In this document: positions 17,209 to 28,753 of the stretch, one piece after another
Position numbering within the stretch: position 1 is the stretch's first letter
Layout: each line of letters opens with the position of its first letter
Source of the DNA: Burkholderiales bacterium
GTDB taxonomy: Bacteria > Pseudomonadota > Gammaproteobacteria > Burkholderiales > SG8-39
Length of the DNA stretch: 64,000 nt
Assembly: GCA_020848075.1 (NCBI GenBank)
Contig: JADLAV010000084.1
Coordinates: 4,387-68,386, forward strand
Direction: 5' to 3'
Position numbers and translations under genes: made by a program
Notes under the pieces: model-generated
The model's database searches: none
Seen by the model: only the letters and a program-made list of their open reading frames with translations
What the model was told of the DNA's origin: nothing

Positions 17209-19131
17209 GTGAGCGAAGGGCAACGCCGGTATTCGGCTTTCCGGCGGTTCGCCGAGAACGCGCTCGGCGTGCTCATCACCGGGCTCGGCCTGGTCGCGAT
17301 CCTCGACCTGCCGATGCAGGTGGCAGGCATTTCGGTGTTCCCGCAGCAGTATCTGGGCGCCTTCTGGGGACTGGTGACCTGCCTCGCGTTCATCACCTGC
17401 CGTGCATCCGCGCAGGGCGAGGGCGGCACACCTGGCCCGACGCCCTGGTACGACTACGTGCTCGCCGCGGTCTCGCTCGTGCTCGGGCTGTACGTCGCCT
17501 TCTGGTATCCGAGCATCATGGATACGATCGGCCTCTTGAGCCCCGATCGGACGCTGCTCGGCGTGCTCGCGATCGCCGTCGTGCTCGAGTCCACGCGGCG
17601 GGTGGCGGGATGGCCGCTGGTGGCGATCGTGGTCGTCTTCGTTCTCTACGGCCGCTTCGGTGACATGTTTCCCGGTCCGCTCGCGACCACCGGCCTATCG
17701 TGGGAGCGGCTGGTCAACCTGCTCTTCCTCGGAACGGACGCACTCTTCGGCTCGGCACTGCGCATCGCGGTCCTGCTGGTGTTCGCGTTCATTCTGTTCG
17801 GGCAGGTGCTCTTCGCGACAGGCGGCGGCGACATCTTTCTCAAGCTCGCCCAGGCCACCATGGGCCGGTACCGCGGCGGTCCGGCCAAGATGGCGGTGGT
17901 GGCGAGCGGCATGTTCGGCAGCATCTCGGGCAGCGCAGTCGCGAACGTCGCCAGCACCGGCGTCATCACCATCCCGCTGATGAAGCGCACCGGCTACAGC
18001 CCGACATTCGCCGGCGCGGTCGAGGCGGTCGCCTCGACGGGCGGGGCGATCATGCCGCCGGTCATGGGCGCCGCCGCTTTCCTGATGACCGAGTTCCTGG
18101 GTATCCCGTACAGTGCCGTCGTTCTCGCGGCCTTCGTGCCGGCGCTGATCTACTATGGGACGCTCCTCGTCCAGATCGATCTCCGCGCGATCCGCGAGCG
18201 GCTGCGGGGCTTGCCAAGGGATGATCTGCCGCCGGTACGCCCGGTGCTGCGCGAGGGCTGGGTGTTCCTCCTCCCGCTCGTCGTCCTGGTGGGAACCATC
18301 TTCTTCCTGAACACCGAGGCCGCGGAGGCGGCGCTGTATGCCGTTGCATCGAACATCGTCCTCGTCCTCCTGCGCCGGCGCGGGTGGCGTGCGCTCACTC
18401 CGCGCCGGCTGCTGGCGCTCTCCGTGGAGCTCGCCCACTCCATGGTGCAGATCACGGTGATCTGCGCCGCGGCCGGCTTCATCGTCGGGCTGGTCGCCTA
18501 CACCGGCCTCGGCGTCTCGCTCGCCGACGTGCTGGTCCAGTTCGCTGGACACAACCTGCTGCTGCTCGCCCTGTGCACCGCGCTCGCGAGCACCGTGCTC
18601 GGGATGGGAATGCCCGCCACCGCGTGTTACATCCTGGTCGCAGTACTGATGGCGCCGGCCCTCGTTTCGGCGGGAGTCCAGCCCCTGCTCGCGCACCTCT
18701 TCGTCTTCTACTTCGGCAACTTCTCCTTCCTCACGCCGCCGGTCGCGCTGGCGGTGACCGCAGCGTGCTCGATCGCGAGCGCGCCGTTCCTCGCGACCTG
18801 CTGGCAGTCGATCCGCCTCGCGCTGGCGGGCTTCATCGCGCCGTTCATGTTTCTCTACAAGCCTGGCATGGCGTTGATGGGGTCGCCCGGCGATGTCGCG
18901 TGGGCGATCTTCGATTCCGCGGTCGCCGTTGTGCTGCTCGCCGTCGCCGTCGAGGGATACTGGTACCGGCGGCTCGCGTGGTGGGCGCGCTGCCTGGTGG
19001 GTGCTGCGGCGCTGCTCATGTTCGTCCCCGGTTGGGAAACGCGGATCGCAGGGCTGGTGCTGGGTCCGTCCATTCTATATTTGGAGTACCGCCGATCGCT
19101 CTCCAGCGCCCGCTACCAGACCGCGCAGTGA
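17209..19131 (+). CDS. TRAP transporter fused (4TM/12TM) permease, TAXI-type
   Basis: 640-aa polytopic membrane protein. GTG start with AAAGGAGGAG RBS. Followed by a TAXI receptor gene. Confidence 0.9.
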   Translation: MSEGQRRYSAFRRFAENALGVLITGLGLVAILDLPMQVAGISVFPQQYLGAFWGLVTCLAFITCRASAQGEGGTPGPTPWYDYVLAAVSLVLGLYVAFWYPSIMDTIGLLSPDRTLLGVLAIAVVLESTRRVAGWPLVAIVVVFVLYGRFGDMFPGPLATTGLSWERLVNLLFLGTDALFGSALRIAVLLVFAFILFGQVLFATGGGDIFLKLAQATMGRYRGGPAKMAVVASGMFGSISGSAVANVASTGVITIPLMKRTGYSPTFAGAVEAVASTGGAIMPPVMGAAAFLMTEFLGIPYSAVVLAAFVPALIYYGTLLVQIDLRAIRERLRGLPRDDLPPVRPVLREGWVFLLPLVVLVGTIFFLNTEAAEAALYAVASNIVLVLLRRRGWRALTPRRLLALSVELAHSMVQITVICAAAGFIVGLVAYTGLGVSLADVLVQFAGHNLLLLALCTALASTVLGMGMPATACYILVAVLMAPALVSAGVQPLLAHLFVFYFGNFSFLTPPVALAVTAACSIASAPFLATCWQSIRLALAGFIAPFMFLYKPGMALMGSPGDVAWAIFDSAVAVVLLAVAVEGYWYRRLAWWARCLVGAAALLMFVPGWETRIAGLVLGPSILYLEYRRSLSSARYQTAQ

Positions 19132-19168
19132 AGGATCGTCAACCGAGATGACAGAGGAGGTGTTGACC

Positions 19169-20215
19169 ATGGGAACCCAACCGCTCGCTCGCCGCCGGAC
19201 GTTGGCGGCGGCCGCAGCCTTCGCTGCGGTGCTCACGATCGTGCCATTTGGTTCTGCCTCGGCGCAGGAGGTGCCGAAGGTGATGAACCTCGCGACGCAT
19301 GGCGTCGGCAGCGTGCTGAACGCCATCGGCATCGGGCTCGGTAAGGTGCTCACCACGAACCTGGACACGCAGGTCAAAGTCATGCCGACCGCCGGGCCGA
19401 CGCAGTGGCTCCCCCAGATCGCGACCGGCGAGATCCAAATGGGGGTCCTGAACAACTACGATGCGCTGCACGGCCGCCACGCCGATGCCGGCTACGAGAA
19501 GGCGTTGGCCGGAAAGGGCGCGCCGATCATGCTGCTCACCTCGGGCTCGCGCAACTGGATGGGGGCCGTGACCAGCACCGATACGGGGATCAAGGGCTGC
19601 GCCGACCTCAAGGGCAAGCGCATCGTGAGCCGCTACACCGGCAGCACGGGCGTCACCGCGCAAGTTGCGGCCATCACCGCCAACTGCGGCCTCGCTCCCG
19701 GCATGTTCAAGGAAGTGGTCGTCGCCGGCGCGCCGGACAAGGGCGTCCAGGCGGTCCTGGACGGCACGGCGGACGTGGCGGGCTCGGCCGCGGTCGGGAT
19801 GGGGATCATCGCCGAGCTCGACGCGCGCAAAGGTGCGCAGTTCGTGTCGCTCGATCCCTCGCCCGAGGCGTGGGCGCGATTCCGCGAGCACTTTCCCGCC
19901 TCGGTGAAGAAGGTCGATCCGGGCAAGGGCCGCGTGGGCGTGCGCGAGCCCGTGTACCTCGCCGAGTATCCGTTCTACCTGGTCGCCGGCGAGAAGCTGA
20001 GCGACGCGGCTGCCTACCGGATCGTCAAGGCGCTGTGGGAGCACAACGCCGAGCTCTTCCCGCTGCACGCGCGCCTCAAGGACTGGGTGAAGGAGAACTT
20101 CGTCGACGCGGAGGCCACGATTCCCTACCACCCGGGCGCCGTGAAGTTCTACAAGGAGATCGGCGCCTGGTCGCCCAAGATGGACGAGGTGCAGGCGAAG
20201 CTGCTCAAGCGGTAG
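19169..20215 (+). CDS. TAXI-family TRAP solute-binding receptor
   Basis: The ORF is trimmed to the ATG at 19169 (MGTQPLARRRTLAAAAAFAAVL signal). C-terminal ...IPYHPGAVKFYKEIG is typical of TAXI receptors. GAGGAGG RBS. Confidence 0.9.
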   Translation: MGTQPLARRRTLAAAAAFAAVLTIVPFGSASAQEVPKVMNLATHGVGSVLNAIGIGLGKVLTTNLDTQVKVMPTAGPTQWLPQIATGEIQMGVLNNYDALHGRHADAGYEKALAGKGAPIMLLTSGSRNWMGAVTSTDTGIKGCADLKGKRIVSRYTGSTGVTAQVAAITANCGLAPGMFKEVVVAGAPDKGVQAVLDGTADVAGSAAVGMGIIAELDARKGAQFVSLDPSPEAWARFREHFPASVKKVDPGKGRVGVREPVYLAEYPFYLVAGEKLSDAAAYRIVKALWEHNAELFPLHARLKDWVKENFVDAEATIPYHPGAVKFYKEIGAWSPKMDEVQAKLLKR

Positions 20216-20236
20216 CCGATCGCGGTCCGGGCCGGT

Positions 20237-20267
20237 CCGTCATCCCCGCGAAGGCAGGGGATGACGG
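20237..20267. repeat. REP-like hairpin CCGTCATCCCC-GCGAAGGCA-GGGGATGACGG between convergent genes
   Basis: Perfect 11-bp stem. Related in sequence to the units at 2517-2592. Confidence 0.6.
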
Positions 20268-20321
20268 CTCGTCCAGCGCGTCGCTCGAAACCCTGGCGCA
20301 TCCTCGATGAGGAGGGGCGAA

Positions 20322-21380
20322 TCAGCGCGTTCGTTGCCCGGCGCCGCGGACGCGCCGCACGCCGCCCGGCAGTTCCGCGTCCCGGTCGGCGCTGCGGCCG
20401 GGCTCCCGCGCCGCTTCCTCGTCGGCCGCTGAAGCACGCTGCACCTCTGGCGCCTCGGCATCGCGCAAGATGCGCACCGGCTTCGCCTCGCGCGCGTCGA
20501 AGTGGACCTGGAACTGCTTCGGCCAGTAGTGCCCCGTCGACTCGTGGATGAAGTAGTGCGGCACGGCCTCGTTCAGATCGATCTCGGCGTAGACGATACC
20601 CTCTTCGGTGGGCGGTAGCGGCCCAGCGACCACGCGACCCGATCCGGCCTCGATGATCGCCGTCCATGCCGACCCGGCGGGCAGCTCGATGCCGAGCCGC
20701 TTCCCGATGCCCGGATCGACCACCGACTGCGAGCACACCACGAAGGTGTTGTAGGCGATCGCGTGGTATCGGGAGCAGATCTCGGTGAGCGAGGTGTCGG
20801 CGAAGGCGAACCCGACCCACGCGCCGACGTGCACCTGCTCGCCCATGGCCGCGAGCGAGTAGCCGGGCAGCACCTGCGCGTGCTCGCCGCAGATGAGCCC
20901 GCCGATGCGCCCGAGCTCGGTCTCGTACACCCGGTGGGTGCTGCCGTCGCCCTCGCCCCAGACGAGCTTCTCCGCGCCGGTGGCCTTCAGCTTGCGCCGC
21001 TTGCCCAGCAGGCGCCCGTCGGGGCCGTAGAAGAGCAGCGTGTTGTAGATCGTCTTGTTGTCGCGCTCGTTGATGCCGATCACGACGTGGCACCCGGCAC
21101 GCTCCGCGGCTGCGCCGATCCGCGTCGTGGCCTCGCTCGGCACCTCGACCGAGTTGAGGAAGAGCTCGCGCGAGAACTGCATGCCCTTGCGCATGCCCAT
21201 GTGCCAGGCCCAATAGACCCCGCCCGGAATGAACACCTCGGGCAGCACGACGAGCTGCGCGCCGCCGGCGGCGGCCTCGGCGATGAGCTTGCACGCCTTC
21301 TCGGCGCTCGCCTCGCGGTCGAGAAACACGGGCGCCGCCTGCACGGCGGCCGCCCGGAACTTCGGCAGTCGATCTCCCAT
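20322..21380 (-). CDS. Nitrilase / carbon-nitrogen hydrolase family protein
   Basis: The real gene is the 3' third of the artefactual ORF 20322..23927 and starts at the ATG at 21380 (MGDRLPKFRAAAVQAAPVFLD...). E-K-C triad contexts: LVVLPE, RRKLK, GGLICGEH. Confidence 0.85.
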   Translation of the reverse strand: MGDRLPKFRAAAVQAAPVFLDREASAEKACKLIAEAAAGGAQLVVLPEVFIPGGVYWAWHMGMRKGMQFSRELFLNSVEVPSEATTRIGAAAERAGCHVVIGINERDNKTIYNTLLFYGPDGRLLGKRRKLKATGAEKLVWGEGDGSTHRVYETELGRIGGLICGEHAQVLPGYSLAAMGEQVHVGAWVGFAFADTSLTEICSRYHAIAYNTFVVCSQSVVDPGIGKRLGIELPAGSAWTAIIEAGSGRVVAGPLPPTEEGIVYAEIDLNEAVPHYFIHESTGHYWPKQFQVHFDAREAKPVRILRDAEAPEVQRASAADEEAAREPGRSADRDAELPGGVRRVRGAGQRTR

Positions 21381-21634
21381 GTTACCCCTCTCCCGCTGCG
21401 CGAGCGTTACGCGATTCCGTGCGCCCGGTAGTTCGATTGCCGCCGCCGTGCCGCTCCCCTTTGGTCGGGCGCGGATCCGGCAGGGCCTGGCGCGCCCACC
21501 TTTCGGCGGAGGGAACGCACGGTCAAAGCATACTCCCTTGTCGGACGATCGAATCCATGCCGTAGATTCATGTGGAGCCTTCGCGGATCGGCCTGCAAGC
21601 GCGATGCGCCCCGCGGGCGCCTGGGCCGCTAGAC

Positions 21635-24502
<2,868 letters not shown>

Positions 24503-24503
24503 G

Positions 24504-24896
24504 TCAGCCTTTCCCGGCCGCCTCGACCGCCTCTCGGTAGGCCGCGGCGTCGAGCAGCTTCGCGAGGTCGCCGGCATCCGCGGGCTTCAGCCGGAAGAGC
24601 CACGTGGCATAGGGATCCTGGTTCACTTTCTCGGGCGCGTCCGCGAGCGCGGTGTTCGACGCCACGACCTCGCCCGCGATCGGCGAAAAGACGTCCGACG
24701 CTGCCTTCACCGACTCCACGACGCAGCATGCGTCGCCCGCATTGAGCTTGCGGCCGACTTCCGGCACCTCGACGAAGACGAGGTCGCCGAGCTGCTCTTG
24801 CGCGTGCTCGGTGATGCCGACGGTCACCGTGCCGTCGCGCTCGGCGCGGACCCACTCGTGATCCGCCGTGTACTTCAGGTTCTCGGGTACGTTCAT
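24504..24896 (-). CDS. gcvH: Glycine cleavage system H protein
   Basis: 130 aa with lipoyl-lysine motif [11 protein letters not shown]. Confidence 0.95.
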   Translation of the reverse strand: MNVPENLKYTADHEWVRAERDGTVTVGITEHAQEQLGDLVFVEVPEVGRKLNAGDACCVVESVKAASDVFSPIAGEVVASNTALADAPEKVNQDPYATWLFRLKPADAGDLAKLLDAAAYREAVEAAGKG

Positions 24897-24923
24897 CTCA
24901 GGCTCCGGGTTGGCAGAATCTCA

Positions 24924-25036
24924 TCCCCTCCTTCTCAAGGAGGGGTGCCGGCGAAGCCGGCGGGGTGGTTGCAGCTTCGACCAAGGCACGGCACCACCCC
25001 GGCGCTGCGCGCCACCCCTCCTCGGAGAGGAGGGGA
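24924..25036. repeat. GC-rich double-hairpin repeat, inverted pair, in the gcvT-gcvH gap
   Basis: CCCCTCCTTCTCAAGGAGGGGTGCCGGCGAAGCCGGCGGGGTGGTT ... CACCACCCCGGCGCTGCGCGCCACCCCTCCTCGGAGAGGAGGGG. Confidence 0.65.
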
Positions 25037-25050
25037 TCGAAAGCGGCGGT

Positions 25051-26151
25051 TCACTCATCCGCACGCACCAGGACCTTGCCATGCCGCACGAACGGCGGCT
25101 TCACGGCGCGCGCGGCGAGCGGCTTGCCGCGCACGTCCGCGCGCACGGTCTCCCCGAGCGCGACGCCCGCGGGCAGGCGCGCGAGTGCGATCGAGCGCTG
25201 CATGGTCGGGGAGAACGTGCCGCTCGTGATTTCGCCGACGCCATGTTCGGTGCGCACGGCCTGGTGCGGGCGCAGCACGCCGCTGCGCTCGAGCGCGACG
25301 AGCCCAAGGAAGGCGCGCGCGGGCTTGCCGGCCGCGACCAGGGCGCTCTTGCCGACGAAGTCGCGCGGGCCCGCGAGATCGACCGTCCATGCAAGTCCCG
25401 ACTCGAGCGGCGTCACCGTCTCGTCCATGTCCTGCCCGTAGAGATTCATGCCGGCCTCCAGCCGCAGCGTGTCGCGGGCGCCAAGCCCGCACGGCCGCAC
25501 GCTGGCGGCGGCGAGGGCGTTCCACGCGGCTTCCGCGCGCGCGGCGGGGACGAGCAGCTCGAAGCCGTCCTCGCCGGTGTAGCCCGTCCGTGCAATGAAG
25601 AGGCCGGCCGCGTCGGCCGCACAGAACGGCGCGAGCGGCTCGCTTGCGGCGCGCGTCTCCGGCAATGCGGCCCAGCACTTCGCGCGCGCGTTCGGGCCCT
25701 GCACGGCGATGATCGCGAGGTCGCGGCGAGGGGCGAGCGAAACCGCGGGTGCGCGCTCGGCGCGCAGCTTTTCGAGCCACGCCAGGTCTTTCCCGGCGGT
25801 GGCGGCGTTGACGATCGCACGGAAGCGGCCGTCGCCGAGAAAGTACACGATCAGGTCGTCGAGGACGCCGCCGTCTTCGCGCAGCATGCACGAGTAGAGC
25901 GCACGGCCGGGCTCGCGCAGCTTCGCGACGTCGTTCGCGAGCGCGTAGCGGAGGAGATCGCGCGCGTCGTCGCCTCGTGCGGCAAGATCGACCGCGAGCA
26001 TGTGCGAGGTGTCGAACATGCCGGCATCGCGCCGCACCGCGTGGTGCTCCTCGAGCTGCGAGCCGTAGTGCAGCGGCATCTCCCAGCCGGCGAAGTCGAC
26101 GAGCTTCGCGCCGGCCCGGCGGTGCGCCGCGGTGAGTGGGGTCTGGTGCAA
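25051..26151 (-). CDS. gcvT: Aminomethyltransferase, glycine cleavage T protein
   Basis: Best start is the TTG at 26151 (M)[28 protein letters not shown], with a GGGAGAG RBS. The longer ORF to 26424 would run through the riboswitch. Confidence 0.9.
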   Translation of the reverse strand: MHQTPLTAAHRRAGAKLVDFAGWEMPLHYGSQLEEHHAVRRDAGMFDTSHMLAVDLAARGDDARDLLRYALANDVAKLREPGRALYSCMLREDGGVLDDLIVYFLGDGRFRAIVNAATAGKDLAWLEKLRAERAPAVSLAPRRDLAIIAVQGPNARAKCWAALPETRAASEPLAPFCAADAAGLFIARTGYTGEDGFELLVPAARAEAAWNALAAASVRPCGLGARDTLRLEAGMNLYGQDMDETVTPLESGLAWTVDLAGPRDFVGKSALVAAGKPARAFLGLVALERSGVLRPHQAVRTEHGVGEITSGTFSPTMQRSIALARLPAGVALGETVRADVRGKPLAARAVKPPFVRHGKVLVRADE

Positions 26152-26167
26152 GGGCTCTCCCGTCCGC

Positions 26168-26206
26168 AAACGAAAAGGAGCGATGCCGGTCTCCCGGAAT
26201 CGCCCC
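26168..26206 (-). terminator. Riboswitch expression-platform terminator hairpin plus U-tract
   Basis: RNA sense: GGGGCGAT-TCCGGGAGACCGGC-ATCGCTCC followed by UUUUCGUUU. The 5' arm overlaps the 3' end of aptamer 2. Confidence 0.5.
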
Positions 26207-26418
26207 TCTGTCCTTTGACCTGAGAGTTTACGGCGCGCGCAGCCGGTCGGCTCCGTGCGCCGCGTGCCCCTTCGGTGGGCGAGCCCCGGGCTCGCCGCTC
26301 TCCAGAGTTGCGGGGCGATCACGCCGGCCCCGGTCGCGGAGTTCCTGTGCCTGAGCGATTGCGGGCGCTTGCGCCTTCGGCGGCGGCCGTGGAACGCCTC
26401 GGCCGCGCTCTTCCCCGT
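26200..26418 (-). ncRNA. Tandem glycine riboswitch (two aptamers)
   Basis: Reverse complement reads GGGGAAGAGCG...CGCCGAAGGCGCAAGCG...CUCAGGCACAGGAAC (aptamer 1) then CUCUGGAGAGCGG...CCCACCGAAGGGGCA...ACUCUCAGGUCAAAGGACAGAGGGG (aptamer 2). It sits directly upstream of gcvT. Confidence 0.85.
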
Positions 26419-26475
26419 GACCACGCGAGTCTAGCACCGTGAGGACGAACGGGGCAGGCCGCCCGGCGCGGGAAC

Positions 26476-26994
26476 CTACATCGGCTCGTCCTTGAGCACG
26501 CCGCCGTCGAGCCGCACCATGTCGAGCGTGATCTCCTCGAAGCGCAGGACGCGCCCGCCGTGCGCGCGCGCGAAGGCCTGCGCGCCCTCGATCCGCGCGA
26601 AGGCGGCGAGCGTCGGCCCCATGCTCCCTTTCATGCGGCTGCCGTGCACGAAGAACGCGGTCCGCGCGTCGATCCAATGTCCCTGCGGGCTGTTCCAGTC
26701 GGTCTTGCCCATGTCCTGGGTGAACACGCCCACCACGCGCTTTCTCTGCTCCGGCTGCAGGTAGATCGACACGAGCTCCATCGTGTCGCAGAAGAAGTCG
26801 GGCTCGCCGCGGTCGTAGACGATCTGGCCTTTCGGGCCGGGGTAGTCGGCGAGGATCATGCCGTCGAGCGAGCACGCGGTCTGCCGCGTGATCTCCTGCG
26901 GCTGCGCCAGCTGGCGCTCCTCGCCGCAGCCGGCGAAGAAAGCGAAGAGGGCGAGCATCGCGGCGAGCCGCACGCCGTTCGCGGATGCGCTCAT
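26476..26994 (-). CDS. nosL: NosL copper-chaperone lipoprotein
   Basis: Trimmed to the ATG at 26994 (MSASANGVRLAAMLALFAFFAGC lipobox). ATGA overlap with the nosY stop. Confidence 0.85.
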   Translation of the reverse strand: MSASANGVRLAAMLALFAFFAGCGEERQLAQPQEITRQTACSLDGMILADYPGPKGQIVYDRGEPDFFCDTMELVSIYLQPEQRKRVVGVFTQDMGKTDWNSPQGHWIDARTAFFVHGSRMKGSMGPTLAAFARIEGAQAFARAHGGRVLRFEEITLDMVRLDGGVLKDEPM

Positions 26995-27821
26995 TTGAAC
27001 CTCCATGTCGCAATCGCCAGCGGTGCGACGATCCAGGCGAGCATCGCCGCGCCGAGCACCCACGGATCGGCAAGCGCCGGCGGGACCACCGTCGCGAGGC
27101 CGTAGAGGGTCTTCACCCCTTCCATGCCGAAGACGTTGAGGATGCGGAAGACGTCCGCCGGGTTGGCGAGCAGCAGGTAGGGCAAGACGTCGCCGCCCAC
27201 GCGCCCCCCGGTGAAGACGAGCACGCCGAGCAGCCCGAGATCGAAGACCAGGACGAAGAAGAACCAGAGCGCGATCGCCGCGCCGCTCGCGCGCGCCCGG
27301 TCGGCCGCCATCACCGACACCATGACCGCCATGCTGAGGAACGCCATGCCCATGGCGAGCGCGCTCAGGACGAAGCGGGCGTAGTGGTAGAGCGCGGCGG
27401 CATCCGCCTGGTGCGCGATCGCCGCCCCGGCGAGGCCGAAGCCCGCGAGCGTGGAGACGGCGAGCGCAGCCGCGAGCCCGAGGAACTTGCCGAGCAGCAG
27501 CTCGAAGCGCGTCAGCGGAAGCGAGAGCAGCAGATCGAGCGAGCCCCGCTCGCGCTCGCCCGCGACCGCGTCGTAGCCGAGGAGGAGGACGATCACCGGG
27601 ATGAGGTAGATCACGAGGCTCGTCAGGCTGGCGATCGTGACCTCGATCCCGCGGAAGCCGATCGCGCCCTGCTGCGCGGCGCCGAAGTAGGCGATGAGGA
27701 GCGCGAAGGCGGCGAAGACGAGCGCCACCGCGAGGACCCAGAAGTCGCGGATCCGCTCGCGCAGCTCCTTCGCCGCGACGAGCACGATCTGCCTGGGGGA
27801 GATGCGCGCCGGCCGCCTCAC
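26991..27821 (-). CDS. nosY: NosY ABC-type permease
   Basis: Hydrophobic six-TM-like sequence. The GTG at 27821 overlaps the nosF stop (GTGA). No internal Met is available. Confidence 0.8.
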   Translation of the reverse strand: MRRPARISPRQIVLVAAKELRERIRDFWVLAVALVFAAFALLIAYFGAAQQGAIGFRGIEVTIASLTSLVIYLIPVIVLLLGYDAVAGERERGSLDLLLSLPLTRFELLLGKFLGLAAALAVSTLAGFGLAGAAIAHQADAAALYHYARFVLSALAMGMAFLSMAVMVSVMAADRARASGAAIALWFFFVLVFDLGLLGVLVFTGGRVGGDVLPYLLLANPADVFRILNVFGMEGVKTLYGLATVVPPALADPWVLGAAMLAWIVAPLAIATWRFK

Positions 27822-28753
27822 GGCTGCACCCGCGGCGGCTCGGACGCCGCATGGCCGAGGAAGATGTCCTCGAGCGATGGCTCGCGCAGCTGCACGTCCT
27901 CGAGATCGGCCATCAGCGGCGCGAGCGCGCCGAGGAGCGCCATCTTCTCGCGGCGCAGGCACACGATGCGCACCGCGCCGTCCTGCGGTTCGGCGGGCGG
28001 GAAGCCCGCGGCGGCGAGCGCCGACTGCACCGTGGGCGCGGCGCCCGGACGCACGCGGATGTCGGCGCGCAGCCGCAGGTCGATGCCGTCGCGCAGCCCC
28101 GCGAGAGTGCCGACCGCGGCGATGCGCCCGTTGCGCATGATCGCGAGCCGGTCGACGCGCTCCTGCATCTCGGCGAGCACGTGGGAGGTCAACATCATCG
28201 TCACCCCGCGCCCGCGCAGCTCCGCGAGCAGCACGTAGAACTCGCGCCGGCTCTGGGGGTCGAGGCCAGCGGTGGGCTCGTCCAGAAAGAGGAGCGCGGG
28301 GCGCCCCAGCAGCGCCTGCGCGAGGCCGAGCCGCTGGCGCATGCCCTTCGAGTAGCCGTGCACCTTGCGCTGCGCTGCCGCGCGCAGCCCGACGCGGTCG
28401 AGGAGCTCGTCGCATTGCGCGCGGTCGGCGCCCTTCAGCCCGGCGAAGAAGCGCAGCGTCTCGAGCCCGGTCAGGTTGTCCCAGAGGACGACGTTCTCCG
28501 GGAGGTAGCCGATCTGCCGGCGCACCTCGCGAAACGCGGCGCCGTCGACGCGCTTACCCTGGATCTCGATGGTCCCGGCGGTGGGGGGCGCGAGGCCGAG
28601 CATCAGCCGGAACAGGGTCGTCTTGCCCGCGCCGTTGTGGCCGATGAGGCCGAAGATCTCCCCGCGCGCGATCGCCAGGCTCGCGTCCTCCACCGCGCAG
28701 ACCTCGCCGAAGCGCTTGCCGACGCCGCGGAGCTCAATGACGCTGCTTGACAA
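27818..28753 (-). CDS. nosF: NosF ABC ATPase
   Basis: Walker A GHNGAGKTT, signature YSKGMRQRL, Walker B LLFLDEP. TTG start at 28753 overlaps the nosD end. Confidence 0.9.
   Translation of the reverse strand: MSSSVIELRGVGKRFGEVCAVEDASLAIARGEIFGLIGHNGAGKTTLFRLMLGLAPPTAGTIEIQGKRVDGAAFREVRRQIGYLPENVVLWDNLTGLETLRFFAGLKGADRAQCDELLDRVGLRAAAQRKVHGYSKGMRQRLGLAQALLGRPALLFLDEPTAGLDPQSRREFYVLLAELRGRGVTMMLTSHVLAEMQERVDRLAIMRNGRIAAVGTLAGLRDGIDLRLRADIRVRPGAAPTVQSALAAAGFPPAEPQDGAVRIVCLRREKMALLGALAPLMADLEDVQLREPSLEDIFLGHAASEPPRVQP

Noticed and set aside
25051-26424. The full-length 457-aa ORF as gcvT. Similar N-terminal extensions occur in ORFs 3798..5711, 21635..24577, 33757..36555, 28734..30791 and 26476..27852.
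   Set aside because: The extensions are Arg-rich, lack homology-like sequence, and overlap upstream genes or the riboswitch. Internal starts with an RBS or stop-start overlaps give proteins with canonical N-termini.
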